Origin: Candidatus Brocadia sp.
Lineage (GTDB): Bacteria; Planctomycetota; Brocadiia; Brocadiales; Brocadiaceae
Direction of reading: 5' to 3'
Assembly: GCA_021650915.1 (NCBI GenBank)
Contig: CP091279.1
Location: forward strand, 3,660,001 to 3,692,000
Length of the DNA: 32,000 bases
In this document: in pieces, positions 25,453 through 32,000 of the stretch
Layout of the letters: every line of letters starts with the position of its first letter
Numbering within the stretch: the stretch's first letter is position 1
Position numbers and translations under genes: made by a program
Notes under the pieces: generated by a model
Seen by the model: only the letters and a program-made list of their open reading frames with translations
The model's database searches: none
What the model was told of the DNA's origin: nothing

Positions 25453-26661
25453 ATGATGATACGTACCGGAATCAATAACAATTCTGCAATCAATACTGAT
25501 CTTTTCACGAAGAACGGAAACATCCGATTTGATCAATATCCGAGCAAGCCCATCATTCAGGATGCTGAATGGTTTGGTATGCCAATAGATCCCTGGCTGA
25601 GGCACATCATTGCAATTCATTTTAACCCTGACGTTGGCTCACCCTATTGGCTCCGGAAGGAAAAGGAATTGGGCATCGACGCAAGAAGGGATATTTCTTC
25701 GATGGAAGATTTACCGATCCTCGGACCGATGGAGGAGGAAGACCTTCGACGGTATCCATTGGAATATTTTATCCCAAAAATTTACCTGGAGAACAAGGCA
25801 TCGTTTATTCTGGGTGAAACGGCAGGGACAACCGGTCTCCCAAAAACAACCGCTTACCTGAGAGAAGAGTTCTCCGTCACCTTTGTTGAGTGGTTCCGGT
25901 ATATCGCAGAGTACCGGGGATTTCCTCACGACGCGCAGTGGCTATGGGTTGGCCCCGGTGGCCCGCATATTATTGGCAAGGCGGTAGGGCCGGTAGCGCA
26001 GAGCATGGGAAGTATGGATCCGTTTTCCATTGATATGGATCCGCGATGGGTGAAAAAACTCAAACCCGATTCCCTGGGATATAAAAGGTACATCAGCCAC
26101 ATCCTTGAACAGGCGATGGATATCGTGAACCGGCAGCACATCGAAGTAATCTATTCAACGCCACCCCTGCTGCTCAAACTGGCTGAGATGATGCAGCGTC
26201 GTCAAAGGATGCAGATCCGTGGGATTCACTATGGCGGAGTGGCCATTGAACAGGAACAACTCAAAAGGTTTCGTGGCGAACTCTTTCCGAACGCCGTTCA
26301 TATTGCCGGCTACGGAAATACCCTGTTTGGTCTGTGTATGGAAATTGAAGAATCTGCAAGTGGCGATCTTGATTATTATCCTCCCGGTCCTCGTATGGCC
26401 GTTCAGGTTGTTTCCACGGAAGACGGCATTCAACCTGACAAAAATCGTCTTACCCAGCTCGTTAAATACGGTGAAATAGGTCAGGTCGTGTGCCACCGGT
26501 TGGATGCATCTTTTTTCATCCCTAATATGTTTGAAAGGGACGAGGCTGTACGGATTGCAGCCACGGAAAAGGTACAGTCACTTGGTATTTACCAGGACGG
26601 CGTCAGAAATCCGTCGCTGTTGAAGGGACTAGAAACAAATGCGAAGGTAGGGGTATACTGA
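25453..26661 (+). CDS. Adenylate-forming enzyme, PaaK / coenzyme-F390-synthetase / CapK-like (ANL superfamily)
   Basis: P-loop-like GETAGTTGLPKTT in place of the canonical SSGTTGxPK. The size (402 aa) and layout resemble phenylacetate-CoA-ligase-family proteins. GYGNT motif region (IAGYGNTLFG). Confidence 0.65.
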   Translation: MMIRTGINNNSAINTDLFTKNGNIRFDQYPSKPIIQDAEWFGMPIDPWLRHIIAIHFNPDVGSPYWLRKEKELGIDARRDISSMEDLPILGPMEEEDLRRYPLEYFIPKIYLENKASFILGETAGTTGLPKTTAYLREEFSVTFVEWFRYIAEYRGFPHDAQWLWVGPGGPHIIGKAVGPVAQSMGSMDPFSIDMDPRWVKKLKPDSLGYKRYISHILEQAMDIVNRQHIEVIYSTPPLLLKLAEMMQRRQRMQIRGIHYGGVAIEQEQLKRFRGELFPNAVHIAGYGNTLFGLCMEIEESASGDLDYYPPGPRMAVQVVSTEDGIQPDKNRLTQLVKYGEIGQVVCHRLDASFFIPNMFERDEAVRIAATEKVQSLGIYQDGVRNPSLLKGLETNAKVGVY

Positions 26662-26669
26662 CATGAATT

Positions 26670-26832
26670 AGGCCTTCGGCGACTTTTTGATGTAGAGCGA
26701 CGAGGCTCGTCGCTCTACAACCGTGGCTTTGAAATTCCTTGAACGTTGAATTGGGCCTTCGGCGACTTTGTTGCAATTACACGTTTTTTCAACAAAATTC
26801 CACCCCCTTCACCCCCGCCAGCGGGGGACAGT
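26670..26832. repeat. REP-like hairpin plus family-D copy 3 (truncated by the IS)
   Basis: ttaggccttcggcgactttttga (26669-26691). gtagagcgacgaggctcgtcgctctac (26692-26718). tttgaaattcctt. Then gggccttcggcgactttgttgcaattacacg...gccagcgggggacagtc (26753-26832), which stops where the other copies continue with gttatcaccctcactgag. Confidence 0.8.
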
Positions 26833-26838
26833 CTCATA

Positions 26839-28351
26839 GCTGGTTCAATCTTGTAGATTGAACCATAAGTTTTGAACCGAAACAGGAGCTTGGACTAGCG
26901 CTATAACATGAAGACGTATCAAATGTTTAGTAGCGTTGTCAAGTGGAGACCTGAGAAAAGTCCTCCAATGTATAGTTGTCACGCATCAAAGCCGTTGTAG
27001 TAATAGGCAAGCCGAATTTTGGTAACGTTCAGCGCCCCAGCAACACTCCATTTGCTCACATTCACCCGCAGGTTAACCGTACGCATGACGCGCTCTACTT
27101 TACTTGTCGTTCTGCCATTGAGCCTCTTTTCTATCGCCGTAAACATATCAGGCCTGGCATTCTCAAGATAGGATGCGGTATGAGCATATCCCTTCGACAA
27201 ACAATGCTGAATCACCGCATCCAATCGTTTCCTCTTGGACTCTATCATTTTCTCGATGGTCTTCTGACAATCAACCAATGGCCGTATCGCACAGACCTCC
27301 ATAAGCTCCGACATCACCTCCAGCCATTCTTTCCCCTTGCTCTTGACCCCATCTTGCCACAATACATACTTTGCCTGATACGGAATATGCCACAAACATC
27401 TCTGTACAAGCACCTTGATCTTACCTTTCAAACTATCCAAAATAGAGGTGTCTCCATCGGTTATCAAAAGAAACCGGGAAAACTTCCTGAACACCTTAAC
27501 ACTCTTACCAAAAAGCTTATCCCAACTACCGTTGTAATCCCCTATGTCAAGCCCTGCCACTCTCACCCCTCCACCGCTCTTGTATTGCACAAAGACCTTG
27601 AGTTCCTTGCCTCGTTTGGCTATCCCCTTAATCCCTACCCCTGTCCCGTCTGCTTCTCCCAGGGGAAGTCCCTTCTCGTCGAGTTGAAAATCTATCTCTG
27701 CTGCCGTCTTTTGTACCGATTTCCATATCGTCATCTTGTCTACTGTCCAGCCAAACATCGACACGATCTTCTTCGCTACCCGGTAGGTCGTTAACGATCC
27801 TACCAGCCCAAGCTTCCGATACGTCTCCGGTGGTATTCGCTTCATCCGCTCCATCCCCAGAAGCTTTCGCGTTATATACATCTTATGACCGCACCTCTTG
27901 CACTGCACCTGCAACTGCTCTAATCTCAACCACTGAAAGACCGTCAGTATCTTCGTCTCTTTTCCATGCCTCGTCTTCCAGATAAACTCCTTGTCATTCC
28001 CACATTCGTCGCAGCAAAATGGCTTCCGTGATTGCGCCATCGCACTCTCACCAAAACCAACCACGATCTTCTGAATAAAATCCCTTAATATCTCCGGCAG
28101 TATCTTGCAAAATGCCTTGAGAATCGACTCCAGGCTGCCGTCCTTTAATTCAACCCGAATTTGACAACCAAATTCTATTGTGATACCATCTGTGCATGGG
28201 GTTGCTCCCATATAGCCCTCCTTTTCTTTATGGTTTAGTTTCTTGTATCAAAACTATTTTTTACCATATTTGGAGGGCTTTTTCTTTAACCAAGTCTCTC
28301 TTTTTCTACTCTACCAAATGTTTAGGTTCAATCGAGGACGATTGAACCAGC
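26839..28351. mobile_element. Insertion sequence, 1513 bp, single transposase gene
   Basis: The ends are gctggttcaatcttgtagattgaacc (26839-) and ggttcaatcgaggacgattgaaccagc (-28351). These are imperfect inverted repeats, and each contains its own 9-bp hairpin ggttcaatc/gattgaacc. No unambiguous target-site duplication (flanks ..gtctcata / aaatagac..). Confidence 0.75.
26979..28211 (-). CDS. Transposase (probable DDE type with N-terminal zinc finger; family not assignable by eye, possibly ISLre2/ISKra4-like)
   Basis: 410 aa. CCDEC..CKRCGH zinc-finger-like pair. Candidate acidic triad contexts EADGTGV, LLITDGDTS and TSKVERVMRTVNLR. RBS aaaggaggg upstream. Bounded by the inverted repeats. Confidence 0.75.
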   Translation of the reverse strand: MGATPCTDGITIEFGCQIRVELKDGSLESILKAFCKILPEILRDFIQKIVVGFGESAMAQSRKPFCCDECGNDKEFIWKTRHGKETKILTVFQWLRLEQLQVQCKRCGHKMYITRKLLGMERMKRIPPETYRKLGLVGSLTTYRVAKKIVSMFGWTVDKMTIWKSVQKTAAEIDFQLDEKGLPLGEADGTGVGIKGIAKRGKELKVFVQYKSGGGVRVAGLDIGDYNGSWDKLFGKSVKVFRKFSRFLLITDGDTSILDSLKGKIKVLVQRCLWHIPYQAKYVLWQDGVKSKGKEWLEVMSELMEVCAIRPLVDCQKTIEKMIESKRKRLDAVIQHCLSKGYAHTASYLENARPDMFTAIEKRLNGRTTSKVERVMRTVNLRVNVSKWSVAGALNVTKIRLAYYYNGFDA

Positions 28352-28393
28352 AAATAGACACGTTTACCGTAATTTTTCAGATGAAAGGATCGT

Positions 28394-30442
28394 ATGAAAT
28401 TATCCGAAACCAAACTTGAACTTCTGGCGCCTGCCGGCCGCTGGGAGGCGTTGACAGCGGTAATAGAAGCCGGCGCTGATGCGGTATATATTGGCGGCAA
28501 ACGCTTCAACATGAGGCTTCACCGGTCTGACTTCAATTTCACGGATGAACAGATTGCAGAGGCCGTGCGATATGCCCATGCAAACGAAGCAAAACTGTAC
28601 GTCACGGTAAACAATCTGCTCGGTAATGACGAACTGAACGAGATAGCGCATTTCCTTACTTATTTACAGGAAATTCAGGTGGACGCGGTCATCGTCCAGG
28701 ACCTGGGTGTCTTGCATCTGATCAGGAAGACGGGCATTTCCATCCCGGTCCACATCAGCACGATGATGAATATCCATAACGTTGAATCCGCATTAACGCT
28801 GAAGGAATTGGGGGTGAGCCGCATTGTTACCTCCAGAGATATTTCCCTTGCTCAGGTGAAGGAAATACAGGAAAAGACCGGTATTGAAGTCGAGTATTTT
28901 ATCCATGGAGACCTGTGTGTATCCCAGAGCGGGCAATGTTATTCCAGCGGCGTGCTTTTTGGCAAGAGCGCCAATCGTGGAGAGTGTATGAAGCCGTGCC
29001 GATGGCACTACACCCTTGTGGAAAGCGCTTCCGGGCAACCCATAGGCGATCTGCCCTCAGGACACCTCCTTGCGATGAAGGATATGTGTCTCCTGAGACA
29101 TATCCCTGACCTTGTTCATGCGGGAATATGCTCATTGAAAATAGAGGGCCGCATGAGACACGCTGATCTTCTTAGAGAAATTGTCGGCGTTTATCGTGAG
29201 GCAATAGATGCCTATCGTGATAACCCTGCCGCTTATTACATGAATTTCGCGGCCTACGAGAAACTGTATAACCATCGGGTGCGAGAATTTACCACGTCCA
29301 TGGCATTTACACCGGCGTCTGCTTCTCTCGTCGATATCTCAGGGAGCCGTGAACCCCTCTTTTTAAGCCGCGCAGCAAAAGAGACGTCCCTCACGAAAGA
29401 AGATATTTATCATGATCCCTTTGAATCATTAAGCACAAAAAACACCGGGAAAGAAAAAATGATGAATTTTCGGATGCTGCGATTAAGAGCGGTAAAGCCC
29501 TTATTATCCGTAAAAATAAGCTCCCTGAATGCCCTGAAGGCGGCGTTGGATGCGGGCGCAGACCGCATCTATATGAGCGGAGAGGTCTCGCCGTTGAAAA
29601 AAGAGTTTTGGACAAAGGCATTGTATCGGGAGGCCTGTAACAGGGTGCATGATGCTGGTAAGACCATAGGAATGGCTACGCCACGCATAAATACCTCCCG
29701 CGAAATAGCTGATATGACGTGGTTGTTCGAGCAGGCCGCATCGTTGCCGGTCGATTATGTCCTGGTTCATAATCTGGGCGCAATGCGTCTTGCAAGGGAA
29801 TTTGAGCTAAAAATTCTGGCAGACTACTCGTTCAATGCCCTCAACGTGCGAGCTTTAAAACTTCTGAAAGAATTGGGGATCTCGGGGGCCACGGCATCCC
29901 TGGAATGTTCCTATAGCCATTTGAAACAACTATCTGACTATGCGTCATTGCCCCTGGAGTGTGTTGTCCACGGACCTGTTCCCGGTATGATACTTGAACA
30001 TTGTATCCCGGCCATGGTGATCTCTAAGTCGCACAAAAAGGAACACTGCAGACAGGTGTGTCAATATATGGGATACAGCCTCAGGGACGAACGGGGTGAA
30101 GTGCGACCCATCGAAATAGATCAATATTGCCGCAACCATCTCCTGCTTGCCAGGGATATATGCCTGCTGCCCTATCTTCAATCATTTATCCAAACAGGGG
30201 TAAAGGTGTTCAGGATCGAGGCGCAGTATTATGAAGATTCATTGGTAAAAACCCTGGTCGGTCTGTATCATAAGTATTTAAGCATATATGCAGAATATCC
30301 CGATATTTCATTACCGATACAAGAGAGTGAATGGGACATGTTGACCGAAAATAGTCCAAGGGAATTTAACCTCGGCGGCTATGGACAGGATATAACCCAC
30401 TCAAAAAGCACTGCAGCGGTGATGAAGAGTATCAGAGGGTAA
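28394..30442 (+). CDS. Double-domain peptidase-U32-family protein (RlhA/TrhP/UbiU-UbiV-type, probable Fe-S enzyme)
   Basis: N-terminal U32 TIM-barrel pattern (LELLAPAG..EALTAVIEAGADAVYIGG). Exact Cys motif C-X6-C-X15-C-X3-C (CVSQSGQC...GECMKPC). The second half repeats the fold (LLSVKISSLNALKAALDAGADRIYMSG) with C-X13-C-X14-C-X3-C. RBS aaagga. Confidence 0.85.
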   Translation: MKLSETKLELLAPAGRWEALTAVIEAGADAVYIGGKRFNMRLHRSDFNFTDEQIAEAVRYAHANEAKLYVTVNNLLGNDELNEIAHFLTYLQEIQVDAVIVQDLGVLHLIRKTGISIPVHISTMMNIHNVESALTLKELGVSRIVTSRDISLAQVKEIQEKTGIEVEYFIHGDLCVSQSGQCYSSGVLFGKSANRGECMKPCRWHYTLVESASGQPIGDLPSGHLLAMKDMCLLRHIPDLVHAGICSLKIEGRMRHADLLREIVGVYREAIDAYRDNPAAYYMNFAAYEKLYNHRVREFTTSMAFTPASASLVDISGSREPLFLSRAAKETSLTKEDIYHDPFESLSTKNTGKEKMMNFRMLRLRAVKPLLSVKISSLNALKAALDAGADRIYMSGEVSPLKKEFWTKALYREACNRVHDAGKTIGMATPRINTSREIADMTWLFEQAASLPVDYVLVHNLGAMRLAREFELKILADYSFNALNVRALKLLKELGISGATASLECSYSHLKQLSDYASLPLECVVHGPVPGMILEHCIPAMVISKSHKKEHCRQVCQYMGYSLRDERGEVRPIEIDQYCRNHLLLARDICLLPYLQSFIQTGVKVFRIEAQYYEDSLVKTLVGLYHKYLSIYAEYPDISLPIQESEWDMLTENSPREFNLGGYGQDITHSKSTAAVMKSIRG

Positions 30443-30475
30443 CGAACAAAAGGTATCCGGAGGAATAACACTGTC

Positions 30476-31510
30476 ATGGCCACTCAAAAGAGAACGCTTC
30501 TCTCATCTTGTTTTACCTGGGGAAAACTCATTTTCATCCTGCTTTGTGTCTCTTTTTTCTGCCTGGAATCCTATATTTTGCTCGTTCAACATTTTGAGGG
30601 CAATAAGGATGTAAGCCACTTATCAGGCAATTTTCCGCAGAATAGAGGTGCCTTATCGCAGGAGAAACAAAGGGATGAATTCAGTTTCGCAGTTGTAGGA
30701 GATACAAAGAGTTCCGGGACATTTGAAAGGATAGCCGAGAAATTGCGCAAAGAACCCTTGTCCTTCATCGTTTTTCTGGGTGATTTTGTTTATAAGGGTA
30801 CCGAAGGCGAACACAACTTCTTTAAGGCTGAATATGCAACCGAGTTTTCCTTTCCCTATCCAGCGTTTTTTGTCCTGGGAAACCATGACGTTGACAGCAA
30901 GAATTTCCCGATATCAAGATTCGAAGAAGTGTATGGCCCCAGCATCTTCTCATTCGAATATCAGGAATGTCTCTTTGTTGTCCTCCGTATCCTGGACAAC
31001 CCGTACCCGAATGAAGAAAGCCTCCGGTTTTTAGAGAAGTTAATTTCAGAAAAGGCCGCATCCCATTATCAGAAGACATTTGTCTTTATGCATATCCCGC
31101 CTCCCATATCTTCTGACTTCAGCGCCAGGTCGTTTGAAGGCTCTGACGAGATTGTTTCTTTAATCGAAAAACTGAAGCCGACCTACGTCATAACAGGTGA
31201 TTACCATGGATACGCGAGAATTAAAAGGAAAGGCACCGTGTATTTAGTAACCGGTGGAGGGGGTGCGCACCTTGAAGCAAAAAAATTTGGCAGTTTTCAT
31301 CACGCCATCGTTTTGAGGGTAGTGAAGGATGATGTTTCTGAAAGGATACTCGTTGTTGACAGGGACGAGGACCTCGAGGACCGGATTGAAAGATTTGCAT
31401 TAGCCAGCGCATATCCATGGTTAAAGGACAATTTGCTTGTGACAGCTTTTTTAAACAGTGTTGTACTAGCAATTTTAGTACTGTTATGTAGACGTATTTA
31501 CCAAAATTAG
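30476..31510 (+). CDS. Membrane-anchored calcineurin-like metallophosphoesterase
   Basis: Motifs FAVVGDTK, FLGDFVYKG, VLGNHD, FMHIPP and TGDYHGY. An N-terminal TM helix and a C-terminal hydrophobic tail. RBS ggagg. Confidence 0.85.
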   Translation: MATQKRTLLSSCFTWGKLIFILLCVSFFCLESYILLVQHFEGNKDVSHLSGNFPQNRGALSQEKQRDEFSFAVVGDTKSSGTFERIAEKLRKEPLSFIVFLGDFVYKGTEGEHNFFKAEYATEFSFPYPAFFVLGNHDVDSKNFPISRFEEVYGPSIFSFEYQECLFVVLRILDNPYPNEESLRFLEKLISEKAASHYQKTFVFMHIPPPISSDFSARSFEGSDEIVSLIEKLKPTYVITGDYHGYARIKRKGTVYLVTGGGGAHLEAKKFGSFHHAIVLRVVKDDVSERILVVDRDEDLEDRIERFALASAYPWLKDNLLVTAFLNSVVLAILVLLCRRIYQN

Positions 31511-31638
31511 TAACCATGTAGCTTTTTGAAAAATCCCAATAAAGGCGATGTTTACCCCGTGTAGGGGCAGGTTTCAAACCTGCCCCTACAAGACAATAGT
31601 ATTTATGGAGAGAATTTTTCAAAAAGCCAGATCGTTAC
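31510..31638. mobile_element. MITE-like element (family E), 129 bp
   Basis: TIRs gtaaccatgtagctttttgaaaaat (31510-31534) and atttttcaaaaagccagatcgttac (31614-31638). Core hairpin gtaggggcaggtttcaaacctgcccctac (31561-31589). Its first base is the last base of the upstream stop codon. Confidence 0.6.
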
Positions 31639-31658
31639 AAAAACAGAAAGATTTTATC

Positions 31659-32000
31659 ATGACAACAAACCATATCGGCCCTGATGCCATTCTTCAAAAA
31701 AAGCAGGAATATCTGATTCCCTGCGTTTACCATTTTTACAGGAAACCGATGCAGATCGTCAGGGGCAAGATGCAGCACCTTTATGACCATACGGGCAAGC
31801 AGTATCTGGATTTTTATGGCGGGGTGTCGGTAATGAATGCCGGGCACTGCAACCCGGAGGTGGTGGAAAAAATTTGCGAGCAGGTAAGAACGCTTCAGCA
31901 CACCACGGCTATCTATCTCACCCAGCCCATAGTAGACCTCGCAGAGAAACTGGCGCAGATTACCCCCCGGTCACTCAAGCGGTCTTTCTTTTGCGCCAGC
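31659..32000 (+). CDS. Class-III pyridoxal-phosphate aminotransferase, 3' end outside window
   Basis: Not in the ORF track because it has no stop codon in the window. My translation is MTTNHIGPDAILQKKQEYLIPCVYHFYRKPMQIVRGKMQHLYDHTGKQYLDFYGGVSVMNAGHCNPEVVEKICEQVRTLQHTTAIYLTQPIVDLAEKLAQITP.. The pattern YLDF.GG..V...GH.(N/H)P.V is typical of the family. 114 codons without a stop. Confidence 0.8.
   Translation, partial: MTTNHIGPDAILQKKQEYLIPCVYHFYRKPMQIVRGKMQHLYDHTGKQYLDFYGGVSVMNAGHCNPEVVEKICEQVRTLQHTTAIYLTQPIVDLAEKLAQITPRSLKRSFFCAS

Noticed and set aside
26976-27794. 272-aa plus-strand ORF inside the IS
   Set aside because: It is antisense to the 410-aa transposase ORF, which has an RBS, zinc-finger and acidic-residue motifs and spans the element. 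The plus-strand translation is His/Pro/Leu-rich without motifs.
7141-31640. Whether the recurring hairpin repeats could be a CRISPR array
   Set aside because: The copies are dispersed over 25 kb at irregular spacing, in both orientations and in different families. They are not separated by uniform-length spacers, and no cas genes are present.
31221-31901. Minus-strand ORFs 31221..31622 and 31635..31901
   Set aside because: The first is antisense to the metallophosphoesterase 3' end and crosses the MITE-like element. The second is antisense to the clearly recognisable class-III aminotransferase reading frame that starts at 31659.

Overview
32-kb window with diderm-type gene content (Tat-exported molybdoenzyme, beta-barrel porin, MMPL/RND exporter) and roughly 40-45% GC by eye. 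The repeat families and Pro/Thr-linker surface proteins suggest an anammox-type planctomycete, but that is only a guess. Gene content in order: (1) two tandem paralogous giant secreted proteins (1..2394, 5'-partial; 3242..6841), each with beta-helix modules, an Ig-like domain, a PT linker and a LamG domain. They contain near-perfect internal 558/561-bp repeats and share a 100% identical 3' cassette. The second gene is preceded by a promoter, a candidate c-di-GMP-I (GEMM-I) riboswitch and a strong intrinsic terminator. (2) A minus-strand row of a DUF445-like membrane protein, a Tat-dependent SorA-like molybdoenzyme and a SorB-like monoheme cytochrome c. About 400 bp of repeats have been inserted between the enzyme and its cytochrome, and the cytochrome plus an orphan 106-aa gene sit between ~130-bp inverted repeats. 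(3) A long plus-strand row: a bactofilin, a zinc-ribbon-bactofilin fusion, a secreted helical protein, a porin-like beta-barrel, a Cache-type histidine kinase, a sigma-54 (NtrC-type) response regulator, and a GT2 + LAB_N + GT-C (ArnT/PMT-like) glycosylation trio. (4) A candidate lipid reduction/export cluster (thioester-reductase-type SDR, SCP2 protein, MMPL/RND transporter, PaaK/F390-synthetase-like adenylating enzyme). A 1.5-kb IS element separates it from a double-domain U32 protein, a membrane-anchored metallophosphoesterase and a 3'-truncated class-III aminotransferase (31659..32000) that the ORF track omits. Almost every intergenic region is filled with dispersed palindromic repeats. These comprise a MITE-like family with conserved ~25-bp terminal inverted repeats and variable hairpin cores, and several REP-like hairpin families whose stems begin GTAG and end CTAC. 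No tRNA, rRNA or CRISPR array was seen. All structure and motif calls were made by eye and need computational confirmation.
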